DNA from: Antedon mediterranea
Taxonomy: Eukaryota > Animalia > Echinodermata
Direction of reading: 5' to 3'
Assembly (NCBI RefSeq): GCF_964355755.1
Contig: NC_092673.1
Span: 29,075,648-29,139,647 of the forward strand
Length of the DNA: 64,000 nt
Shown: positions 1 through 11,586 of the stretch, piece by piece
Layout: the number at the start of each line of letters is the position of its first letter
How positions within the stretch are numbered: position 1 is the stretch's first letter
The notes under the pieces: generated by a model
What the model was told of the DNA's origin: nothing
Database searches by the model: none
Seen by the model: only the letters and a program-made list of their open reading frames with translations
Translations under genes and position numbers: made by a program

Positions 1-237
1 TGGTTTTCAGAGAGTCCGGTATTGGAAGAGTTGACTAGTTGATGTCAAACATAATTTTATTTTAACCCAAAAAATTAGGTAGACGCATAAAAAAACAATT
101 ACTGTACCAGAAATAAAAAATAAAGATGCTTGTGCTTTAAGGCTGATTCCAAAAAAGGAAAGATTAAGAATTTTGCCTAGAAAGGTTGAGAATAGAATAG
201 ATTGAGAGATCAATACCACATTATTTATTTATTGTAG

Positions 238-1020
238 GGTTGGAGAAAACGTAAAACCCACGATGAAAGGAAAAGTGTCGACCAAGAAGTCCGCAGTGGA
301 AAAACTGTTTGTGCCACACCACGTATCAATGTTCATGTCAAGTATGGCTGAGTTATCAGAACACAGTATTGAGCGTGCAGTGAGTATTCAATTATTAATT
401 AAAAGCTCTGTCAAACTAGTTTAACAAAAAAAAGTGTGATGTTCCCAAATATGGTGGTGGTGATATGCCAAAATATGGTAGGGATATTAATTAATCATGT
501 CCGTATATGGGCACATCACATTTTTTTGATAGTGTAGACAGAGCTTAAGATTAAGCAATAACGTGTTACTGTTACCATAAATATTTTGACCTTTGACCTG
601 ATATATTGCTTCATTTGAAGCTAGATATTGATCTAATTTCTTTTCACAAACTAAAACTTTTTTTCCCCAAATTTATTTTGTATTTAAGACAGGACCACAA
701 TGTAAAACAGGTTTTCTTTTACCTGGTTGTGTAATCCTGGATAAATGTGTTGTTAAATAAAGAAAATTAATCATACAAAAATAAGTATTTAATGTATTGA
801 ATAAATAAATATGAAATTACCTTGAATAAACTGTATAGTATAAAGTGTATAGTTATTATTCATAATACAATATGAAATATTCATATTAGAACATGAATTA
901 TTCATATTAAAATATGAATTATTCATATTAGCACTTTACTTATTTAAATTAGTGTAATTAGAACATGTCATAAAAGTTTGTGATATTTATTTATTTTTTC
1001 AGATGAGTAACAGTGGATGA
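238..1020 (+). CDS. Probable last coding exons of an unidentified upstream gene
   Basis: ttgtag|238-379|gtgagt is open in one frame (VGENVKPTMKGKVSTKKSAVEKLFVPHHVSMFMSSMAELSEHSIERA). It can splice to ttttcag|1003-1020 (MSNSG*). No recognisable family. Confidence 0.35.
404..545. mobile_element. PIF/Harbinger (Tourist)-like MITE, family A
   Basis: TIR AGCTCTGTC(TACACTATCAAACT)...GATAGTGTAGACAGAGCT with TWA-like flanks; about 12 copies or fragments in the window. Confidence 0.75.
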
Positions 1021-1354
1021 AATTCTGCCATTGACGTCACGGTTTAAAACATGCCATCAATCATATGTATTTGCAGACCTCATATTGGCGCATTTTGCCA
1101 AAGAGCTGATTAAGATAATATTCAAAAAATAATTCAAAATTAATATAGTATTTAATACATGGAAAAAGAGAAAGTATTATTGCAAGAGCAGACTGGAAGC
1201 CCCAGCATCGGAAGCTTTCTGGCACCAGTGGTCATATTCATTGTTCCTAGGCTAAGGAAAAGGCATTAAAAAAATTCCTTATCTGTAGTAAAACTCTGAA
1301 TTTTGCCGCGGCCCAACAGCAGTAGGCTGTAACCACAAATTATATGGGTGATGG

Positions 1355-1549
1355 GAAAATTACAGGGAGATATTACAAGGAGATATTACAGGAAAATATT
1401 ACAGAGAGATATTACAGGGAAATACAGTATTACAGGGAGATATTACAGGGAAATGTTACAGGGAAATATTACAGGGAGATATTACAGGGAGATATTACAA
1501 GAAGATATTACAGGAAAATATTACAAGGAGATATTACAGGGAGATATTA
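1355..1549. repeat. 14-bp minisatellite (GGAGATATTACAGG-type)
   Basis: Direct tandem copies visible; explains the repetitive ORFs 1344-1572. Confidence 0.9.
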
Positions 1550-2034
1550 AATGGAAATATGTTTCAGATTAAAAACCCATACTTATAGGTGAAAGGTGTT
1601 GTTAGAAGTTAAAAATTATGATAGTAGTGTCAATTAACTAATAATATACTGTAGGCAAACCTTATATAGACTTATGCTTTACTGTTTTGACTAACGTTTT
1701 CTACACTAAATAATTTATGATTTTTATGAAGTTTTGTAGTTTTTTTTACACTATTTAAAACACAATAGAAGTGTATTATATATTATGTGTTTTTTTGTTG
1801 ATGTTATATAAATGTGTTTACTTTATTAAGATATATAGAAATACAGTACTCTGTTATCTTTGAACAAATATCTAGTTTCCTATTCAGATCGAATGTATAC
1901 TCTATGTTTTAGTTGTGTGTGTGGGGGGGGGGGGGGGTGGTTGGAAGAGGGGAGATTATGATGTTATGATCCACTCCACTGTGAGTGCACTCTTATGTTA
2001 ATGCAGTTGCAATGGGTACTGTTTTATTGACTAA

Positions 2035-2165
2035 AGCTTGGTTCCCGCAAGGTTGCAATGCAATTGACCAATCACAAGCAATGGATTATCTGAATTGTTA
2101 TTTGTTATTGGTCAACTAGCTCGCTTGCGTTGCATCATTTCGTAGCATTCTAATGGGAACCAATC
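2035..2165. mobile_element. Harbinger-like MITE, family B (degenerate)
   Basis: AGCTTGGTTCCC...TGGGAACCAA inverted ends, internal ttgaccaat/attggtcaa; related copies at 51387-51519 and 58572-58744. Confidence 0.6.
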
Positions 2166-3211
2166 ATTAGTGTTGGTGTCCAACAAGGATCATTGTTCAT
2201 GTATGCTTTCATGCTAAGCTGACAAACTTATCTTAAGAAGTATTACATGATGATATTTAAACATGTTGAAATAATAAAAATGGAATAATTAATATTTTAT
2301 TAGTCTAGTTTATTTGATTACCGGTATATTCAAGATGGAAAATTAGTGGATAATTCTAAAATATCAATCAATTATGATAAATGTCATTTTTTAAGAAGAA
2401 AAGAGATAATTAAAACTTATATTGAAATAAAATATAGCAAAATAAAATCGATGAATACATAAATAATATAAATATAGAAATATTTAAAACTTCTAATTTT
2501 GAGCTAATTAATATATTTTGACCACAAAATGCACATTGAGCGAAATTTCCTCCATGCACAGAACATCCGACCAATCAAAAAGCAGCATTGGTTTTGTCTG
2601 ATAAAGCGGCGAAGCGCGACGAAAGAACTTACATAACATGATATACACATAATCACATGATGAGTTAAAGCAGAGAACAAAAGTCTTTTTCTGGTGATAT
2701 AGGCTAGGCCAGTCCTATATAAGTTGTTTGATTTAGCGAATATAGATTTCTTTTTACTACAGGTAAGTTCTGTTACTAAATAAAAATACCTGTAGTATAT
2801 TCTTGCCGCATGACTAAATTGCTAGGCTAGTAGAGGCCTAGCTAGGCCGCATAACGATAGGCTAGTAGTAGTATACTTATTTATTAGTGCTTAGTAGGAA
2901 ATTAGATCTCTGCTGCTGATAGGTCACTTTGGACAAGTGGACCTGTACAAAGTTCTCTGCTCAATCAGGGGTAGCCTAACTGATTTAAAAGCAGACCACG
3001 GGGTTGGTTCATTATTGTAGCTATTTATAATTTAGGTAATAATGCTTTTTCATTGAAATAAACAAATAATTTATTTTAAACATTCATACGTCCCATACTA
3101 ATATTATTATTAGGATAGTCTTCCAGTAGTTCTAAGTTCACTTTTTTTTCTTAACAAACAGAAGTTTAATTTTGAGAATTTTACAGGAGTTGGCACAGTA
3201 AACGTTTCAAA

Positions 3212-6200
3212 ATGATGGCTGCTGGAAAAGACCGAAAGGAATTATTTTATTCTTTTTACGTACTGCTGCTCCTGTTACTGGCGTACCTCTTGAACCAACT
3301 TGACCGCTACACTCTTGCCATTGTAAGTTATACAGAATAAATGGACATTTGCAATATTAGGCGCACCCCCTCCCCCACCCCAATTAATTTTAAAGGCAGG
3401 GTGCGGGAGGACCCATAGTTAAATTATCTACTGTAGCAACATCCATGATACAGGCCTATAATTAATTATTACTTATTGAGATTTAAATGTCATATCATTC
3501 ATATTTTACTCATTATTTTTGCTGTTTCATGATACTTTGATCCCATATGCCTTTGTTGAAATCATGAGCATTAGCTACCAGCTTAATAGAGATGTTGATA
3601 CTTGAAATTAATTAATATTCACTTGCATAAATATGTTTATTTCTAGGTGACAAAACATATGGCCCAAGATATTCATTATGGCGACCAAGGGTGTATTTCA
3701 ACCGTTAACAAAACGGTTGAAGATAATGCACATGTGAATTGCACTGATGTTAAACAACAGTAGTAAGTCTATTGGTCATGTCAAACATTTTTAATGTTTA
3801 ATGAGGCAAAAGCAGTAGTAGTAGTTATGACATATATATTTGCCTTGTGTGTTTCATGGTAAAGTGTATAGGAAAAATGTAAAGTATAGGGTTTTAGTTT
3901 ACCTTGAATAGAGGTGTCCCTTGAATAAGGGTGTCCCCTGAATAGAGGTGTACCCTTGAAGAAAGGTGTCTCCTGAATAGAGGTTTCCTCTTAATAAGGG
4001 TGTCCCTTTAATAGGGGTTTCCTCTGAAAAGTGGTGTCCCTTGATTAGAGGTTTTCATTTGAACAGAGGTGTCCCAAATGGGTTTTACTGCATAACCATA
4101 ATGCAGTGAGTAAGTGAATCTCACAAAAGACAAAAAATATATATAAGTTCTTGATTGTACATTTCAGTTGTGATAATACCACGGTAACATACAAAAACGA
4201 AACATTACATTCCTGCAAGTGGGACTACACCGGCAATGGGTTACAGTACCAACTGCTGGCTGGTCCTGTCTTTATAGTGTTCTATACATTTTCTGGTATT
4301 TTTCTTGGGTATGCAGCTGACCGAACGAATCGTAAGAATCTACTAGCAGGCTGCATCATCTTGTGGAGCGCAACTACTGTTGTAACTGGGTTTTCTAAGG
4401 AATACTGGCATTTGGTGATTTTAAGGCTTATTTTGGGAGCAGCGTAAGTTAATTACTAATAAGAAAGAAAGAAAAAGACATTTATACATTTCTTCAAAAG
4501 CTCTGTCTAAACTTTCAAACGGACATGATGATGTCATATCACTACGTTATTTGATCATATTACTACCATATTTGGGCACATCACACTTTTTTTTGTCAAA
4601 CTAGTTTGATAGTGTAGACAGAGCTTAAGCGAAGTGATGTTTATGTTTTGATTGTTTTATGTATTACAGTGAAGCAGGTTGTACGCCATTCGCTGCTAGT
4701 ATCATAACAGACTACTTTGCTGAGGACATGAGAGGATTTGCTATTGGTATATACAACTGGGGTATTTACATGGGCTACAGTATGTCTTATGCCGTTGGCA
4801 ACTTCATCACAGATGCACTTGTGAGTATCGTAATGAAATTAAATTACAGTAGATTTCTAAAGCTTTTTCTACACTAATTTGACAAAAATAGTGTGATGTC
4901 CACGAATATGGCACTAATATGACGATCATCATGTCCATATATGGGCACATCACAATTTTTTGTCACATAAAGTTTGATAGTGTAGACAGAGCTTTAGTAT
5001 AAATCTGTCTTAATATGACAAACTTGTTTTATAAAGTACAATACCCTGCATTGCATATTGTAACATTATGTGAGTGACTTAATACTTTGCATATGTTTTG
5101 TATCATCTGTTATAGGGATGGCAATGGGCGTTCTATATCGCAGGCATGCCTGGAATTTTGCTCGGAATCATCATTTTCTTGACTTTAAAAGAACCAGAAA
5201 GAAAGAAGAATAAATCCGAAGTCCAAGAGCATGGTTTAATACAACAGACAACGTCGGAGAAGCTGGTCAGCATGTGGAAACCGTTTCTGAAGCCTGCCCT
5301 CATTATGATTTGTATCGCAGGCTCTATTAGAAATGGCGGTAAGCATTTGTAATTCTTATGAGCTTCTAAAGATTTGCATTCACACTGTATGCATCATTCC
5401 CCAGTGATCCACAGTTAAGCTCTGTCCACACTATCAAACTTTATGTGACAAAAAAATGTGATGTACCAATATATTGACATGATGATGTCATATCACAGCA
5501 CATTTAGTCATATCACTACCATATTTGGGCACATCACACTTTTTTGTCAAACTAGTTTGATAGTGCAGACAGAGCTTTAGAATATAAGATTGTTCCATAT
5601 ACTGTAGTGTTCTATTAACACTGAGACTTTTTTCATCAGTTTTAATTAGATGTATGACACCATAATGTTATATTCTATTAATTACTGAGTGATTAATGGT
5701 TGATGTCCTGCCAGCCTGGCACATTCTCTAATTATAGATTTCATTTCTTTTAAGCTGGGTACGTGTGGGGCTATAACACACAGCTGTTCTTCAACACCTA
5801 CTACCCGGACATCAACACTGGTAATTGGTTTTCTTGGATCCCATTGGTTGGTGGTAGCCTAGGAGTTGCCTTTGGAGGATTTATATCTGATCGATTTGTG
5901 AAACGACGAGGACCAAGTGCCAGAGTGTTGATACTGATTGCCAGCTTAGTAAGTGTTCCATTGCACAAAGACTGTTACTATTGCATTGCATGACATTAAA
6001 GATTGTTACTATTGCACTGCATGACATTAAAGATTGTTACTATTGCACTGCATGGCATAAACAATGGTAACTATTGCGCTACATAACATCAAATACTATT
6101 ACTATTGCACTACACAACATCAAAGACTGTTACTATTGCACTACATAACATCAAAGACTGTAGCTATTGCACTGTATAACATCAAAGACTGTTACTATTG

Positions 6201-7679
6201 CACTACATAGCATCAAAGACTGTTACTATTGCACTGCATAGCATCAAGGATTGTTAATATTGCACAGCATGACATAAACAATGGTTACTATTGCACTACA
6301 TAACATCAAAGACTGTTACTATTGCACTGCATAAGATCAAAGGCTGTTACTATTACACTACATAACACAAAAGACAAGCCAACTATGGATGTCTCCAAAC
6401 CAGTCTGAGAATTTAGCAATCAAAGAAATTTGACATAATTTCTGTAGCCTGAAAGTGTACAATATTTGTTTTAGTAACATATATTAATGTTTATCAAAGT
6501 TACTTTTTTTACTCAACAGTTGATAGCGGCTCCATTTGCTATTGGTACTTTGTACTTAAAACCACCTCTGGCCTTTATTAGTCAAATACCATGCTATATA
6601 TTTGGTAAGAATATCTTTTTATATAACTGGGAGCTTTTGTTTTTGTGGCTACCTAAGATTTAAGACGTCAACTTGTAGTACAGAACTGTTTGCATTCCAT
6701 TTGCATTTTATTCTTTTTTTGGTTGTTGCGGAAATTGATTTTTACAGAGATAGACAACAAATAGAACAAATAATGTTCTGTATGATGTACATTTCCTAGG
6801 TTTTCGCAAATCGAAAGCTTAACCAAGATTTTGAAAGATAAGTTGGGGTGGGAGTATCAGACTAATGTCTGTAAATTTGCATTAAAAAAAATCTACTATA
6901 TTTGACAGAATAAAGCATTCACCATTTTATTAATTTTTTATTTGTGAAGGTGAAATGTGGGTTGGCGTGACCTTAGCCGTGGTCGTTGAACTTGTACCAT
7001 CAAGTAACCGCGCTTCTGCCGTTGCCGTCTATTTGTTTATCATCAGCAACATTGGCGGTAACATGCCTTTACTTGTGCCCCCACTAAAAGACGCAACAAA
7101 TTTCCGCTTTGCCTTGTTGCTCCTCTACCCAGGATGCTATGTGGCCGGGTAAGTTTTCCTTTTTACATTAAAAATTAGTATTATAGATATGCAGCTTAGA
7201 ATGAATGTACGTCTTACTATGGTATCTTGCTATTACAAATGTCCCGTCAACTATAGCTTTGTCTACACTATCAAACTTTATGTGATAAAAAAAAGTGTGA
7301 TGTGCGCATATATAGACATGATGATGCCATATCACTACCATATTTAGGCATATCACTACCATATTTAGGCATATCACTACCATATTTGGGCACATCACAC
7401 TTGTTTTCGTTAAACTAGGTAGACAGAGCTTAACAAAAGCTTTTTTCAGCAATTGTTTTACGCAATGGTGGCAAACTGTTCATATGTCTGAATTTATATC
7501 ATTTTTTTTATTTTGTGAACAATTTTATGTAATATTGTTTGATAAATAATATGCTTCATATCGATTGTAGAGCTCTGCTATTCCTTGCAAGTCTGCCGTT
7601 GGTCATGAGAGAAGTAAAAAAGGCTACAACAGGAGAGAAAACACCATTACTCTCAAGTGAAGATCTAACTGAAGAATGA
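3212..7679 (+). CDS. Major facilitator superfamily transporter, spinster-like
   Basis: Coding exons 3212-3322, 3647-3762, 4168-4443, 4670-4820, 5116-5338, 5755-5948, 6520-6604, 6950-7148, 7571-7679, all GT-AG with consistent phase. Motifs LNQLDR, GYAADRTNRK (MFS motif A), RLILGAAEAG, GFISDRF. C-terminal EKTPLL dileucine signal. Probable non-coding first exon ends at 2762. Confidence 0.9.
3900..4090. repeat. 17-bp minisatellite (GGTGTCCCTTGAATAGA-type), probably the interior of a MITE
   Basis: About 10 degenerate tandem units; similar motifs near 8140 and 63895-64000. Confidence 0.7.
4499..4625. mobile_element. MITE family A copy
   Basis: AGCTCTGTCTA...GTGTAGACAGAGCT. Confidence 0.7.
4876..4993. 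mobile_element. MITE family A copy (5' truncated)
   Basis: Shared core gggcacatcaca and right TIR. Confidence 0.65.
5418..5576. mobile_element. MITE family A full-length copy with TTA TSD
   Basis: tta|AGCTCTGTCCACACTATCAAAC...GTTTGATAGTGCAGACAGAGCT|tta; a 3-bp TWA TSD is typical of PIF/Harbinger. Confidence 0.85.
5965..6375. repeat. 27-bp minisatellite (CAAAGACTGTTACTATTGCACTACATAA-type) in an MFS intron
   Basis: About 15 degenerate tandem units. Confidence 0.9.
7255..7430. mobile_element. MITE family A copy with internal tandem triplication
   Basis: TIRs plus three copies of catatcactaccatattt. Confidence 0.75.
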
Positions 7680-8793
7680 TAACTCTGGACATTGGAGGCT
7701 ACCAAGGATCATTATAAATGAACTGCACATAGATGATGGTGTAACCTTAGTTCATTTTTTTTCTGCAGTGTAATTAGCAGTGGTGAGATTTTGCACTCAG
7801 AGGGAAAAATGTTATCAACATATTTTTGCTACAAAGCCATAATGTAAATTGTATTTGTTTAAAAAACAGGCTATTCTAATTAATCATTACTTAAATCGAT
7901 TTTGAGTTTATTTATTGAACAAACCGCACAACACAATCAATCAAGCTTATTTTCATATTTTTTTTTCTCTCATAGTTAGTTTAATAATTATTATAGATTC
8001 AATTGACAGAATCAGGCTCATGTTTATATCTGGACAATGCGGGCTAGTAAAATGTAAAGATAACTAGCCCTGTGGTTTATATGTGATCATGAAGAATATT
8101 GGTAATACAGTATTATTAGCCTTATTGAGACAGTCAAGTGTCCCCTGAATAGGGGTGACTGTCCCAAAGAGTGGTTTACCTACTCTTAATATAAATTAAT
8201 TTTTGTTCAAATATTGTTATAGTACTTATTTGTTTAATAATAATCAAAACTAGATTCTAATTACTTTATAAATATATTTTGTATAAATTGTACTTAGATA
8301 ATAAACTAACATATGTGTCTGTATGTTTACATTCCGTGGCTGTCTAAGGGAATCTATTTGTTTCCAAGATTCTTCAATGGTATGTTGAATTTGTTCAGGT
8401 GCCTATAGAAAATAGAAAACAAACTGTTAGCAAAAATATTGATTTAGCATATTTGCTGTATAGACACCGACAACACTTTTTACAGGAATAACAAGTGAAT
8501 CTTTTACTTTGATAGATACAGAAAACAAATATGTATTACTGAGAACACAGCTGCACAACAATATACAGTGTAATTATATTCTATTTAAAAGATGTGAACA
8601 ACATATTTAATTATGCTAACATACTTGTATCTCGGATTAAAAACATCACATGGTCATAACGGTATTTCTTTTTTTTTAGTAGTTTTTTCTTCTACATAGT
8701 TCCATTTAGCAGTTGTGATAACATTAATCTTTTAATTATAAAATTTGTATTTGTTTTCTTTTTAAAGATATATAATTATTAACTCACCTGTAT

Positions 8794-11079
8794 TTACGGT
8801 GTTTTCATAGATAGAACTTTTCTTTTTTTGAAAATTCCATAATACCACAGTAATAATGTTGCAATTGAGAGGCTGTACCTGTATGCAAGAAATTGAGTAT
8901 AAAACATTAATAGGATGTATTCCCATACTTCTGTTTAGGTGCTGGCATGAACTTTAAATTTCTCCCTTTTCACAAATTCAAAACCATTAATAAAGCATCA
9001 TATACATTTGATTATATTTTAAAACCATCGGCTTAAAAGAAACTTACCAAGTTATTATGTAATTCAAATGTTCGTTTCTTAATGTGACTCGCGTTTGCCC
9101 CCCTATAGGTCCTCCAGGAATACTGCTGTCTGAAAAGAACAAAGTTTTTAAAACTTAAATCTGGGACGTCTTTAAAACACTTGTATGGTAAATTTGTATA
9201 AGTGTATGTAATCTTTGGTTACAAACCTAAATCGTTGTCGATTAGTATTGGGCTAGCTTCAGAATATACTGCCATCGCTTGATGATCACGGAAATGCCAA
9301 CGATTATTTTTGACATCATTATCTGGTAAAAATGGTGCTCTCTATCAAAATGAGAAGAAGTTAGAAATAATATGACGAATGTATGAATAAATAGCCTGGT
9401 GGCACATTAGCTTTTTTTTTCATTTTAAACTTTGTTGGCTTATATACAAATGTTTTTCTTTTTAACAAAAATGATATTTGGAATAGTTTGATTTATGTTA
9501 ATATATTATATCTAGGTATAAAGTAAATATGAATACTAAATTTGTGAGGTAGTACAGTTTCCAAAACTAACCTTTTCACTAGACCTAACAATCCCTACAA
9601 TTGTAACTTCATCTGTTATCTGTCCGCCAACTCTTGTCTCTGGTTTTACTCGATTTCTTGGGACCCATCCACGATTTACTAAAATAGTTTTACTAAAGTA
9701 TATAAAAAAAAAACTGATAAATCATAACCAAACATGTTTATTATTGAAATCAAATTAGACTAGAACCCATATATTTGTAGGTACCAAAGGTTTCCCAATG
9801 TTATACTATAATTGTAAAAGAACATAAATCTCAGCCTTTTTTTGTTGTTATTTCATACGCATCCAACAGCGAGTAATTCGTCAATTAAACAATGGATAAA
9901 CTATTTTATTATTGTGCTTATAAACTAAAGTCTTATTTGAGGCTTAGGGAGTGGAGTTACACCTAGGGAGTAGGTTAGGATTGAACCCTGGATCTTGGGA
10001 TTGGAAGGCAAGCATGTTAACCACCAAGCTATAGCTCCACTTTGTTTTTTTAAAGCCTACCCTAGTTCTGTGCAGTGAAATGGTGTAATGACTTGAGCAC
10101 CAGATTCACCCTGACTTGAGAACAGACTTCCTCCTTGGTTCTCCATATTGTTCGTCACAAGATGTCTTGGCATCAACAACATCTCTTTGCTGTGCTCAAA
10201 TCTTCCCTTTACACTCACTCTGCAATACTCCAGCTCTGCTAGTTTACCTTGGCTGCAAATTCCAACCACAATTTGGATTTAAAATATATTTAGGGTGCAA
10301 CAATTTCTAATTTCAAACCCATAACATTTATATAATGATAAACAGCTAGACATTTTAAATAATGAAAATATTAAATAATATCTGTCACTTAATTTAAAAA
10401 AAACCAAAATAATACTGCAGAATTTGACAATGGCACCCCTTTCAGTATACTATAGACACCTCTCCCAGTATATATTAGGCATCCATCGAACCACCCCACG
10501 CCATCCCCAACACTCTCAGAATAATATATAACTATTTACTCTAAACATAGTGGTACTGGCAAAGCTGTGGTTTTATTATGCAATTCTTCTATCAGGTTTA
10601 ACTTCCATTTTCTTCGTTTTACTTGCCAAGTTCCCAGACAGAATGTAATGACTGGTATACTAAGCAACAAGTTGCCATAAGGCGATGGTTCTTCACTTTT
10701 TCGTCCATTTGAGGAATATCGGCAAATAGTGTGAGTTTTTTTTGCCTGCAAAAAGAATTATGATTCATTATAAATTAAATGCAACATATAAATAGTTTTT
10801 AGTTTAGATATATTGTTTTTAGTTTTAGATTAAAACAGAAACAGAACTATAGATTAGCGCCACGGATCTTTGGTCGGTACTACAGTATTTGAGAGGATGT
10901 ATTGTAAAAAAGAGACCATTCTTAAAGTGCAATATTATTATTGCACATCTAGCGTTTCATATCTTGTTTAAACATTTTCCATATTCTCAATGAAATGAAT
11001 TTTCGCGACATGACCAAACACATAAATAGCATTTAACCTGCATTAATATTCGCCGTAAAGAACACCTTAGAAGCTCCAT
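8794..11079 (-). CDS. SURF1: Surfeit locus protein 1 (cytochrome c oxidase assembly factor)
   Basis: Exons (-) 11079-11038, 10745-10540, 10252-10061, 9692-9572, 9341-9227, 9129-9048, 8878-8794, phases consistent. Motifs [50 protein letters not shown]. The first exon is the least certain. Confidence 0.93.
9978..10040 (-). mobile_element. tRNA-derived SINE head fragment
   Basis: Minus strand ggagctatagcttggtggttaac...cagggttcaatcc (A/B-box-like); similar fragment at 45418-45470. Confidence 0.5.
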
Positions 11080-11586
11080 ACTGTATAATTGTCAAACCTG
11101 TCTCTAGCTTAACCAAAAAACAACTTAAATATCAAGTTTTTAGAAGACTGATCCGCGGATCTCATATCCACGACTGTCAATCAAACATTCCGCTCGAGTA
11201 AAAAAAAGTGTTATATCTCGAGCGAATCAGCTTCTCCTATGAAAAGCAAACATCGTCAATGTTAAATGTTGAATAAATAAAGCAATAATAGAGTTAGTAG
11301 ATTGTGTAATGCCATTTCTTTTCCATGTATTCTTAGAATTTAATCATATTTATATTTTTTTTTACTGAATAAAATAAAATGGTATGCCAAGTTAGCTCTT
11401 CGAAGGTTAACAGTTACGAAATGCATGTATTGCGTGCCATAGTTTATGACTTTTATTCCATCAAAACTCGCACCCAACCAACTCGGTCACGCGTCCAACC
11501 GGCAAGAAGTAAGCCGGCCCCGGCCAGAATCAAACCACTCGAAAACAGAACACGTGAGAACCAGGCTAGGCTAAACCTAAGACAAA
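11080..11586. promoter_or_regulatory. Probable bidirectional promoter shared by SURF1 and PFDN6
   Basis: Start codons are head-to-head, about 510 bp apart; locally CpG-richer. Confidence 0.6.

Noticed and set aside
1344-1572. YYREILQ / GDITGR repeat ORFs
   Set aside because: Translations of the 14-bp minisatellite.
9978-10040. Possible tRNA gene
   Set aside because: Only A/B-box-like remnants with no complete cloverleaf; treated as a SINE head.
10949-11011. Alternative SURF1 start [20 protein letters not shown]
   Set aside because: It ends in an in-frame stop with no donor; 11079-11038 has a proper donor in the right phase.
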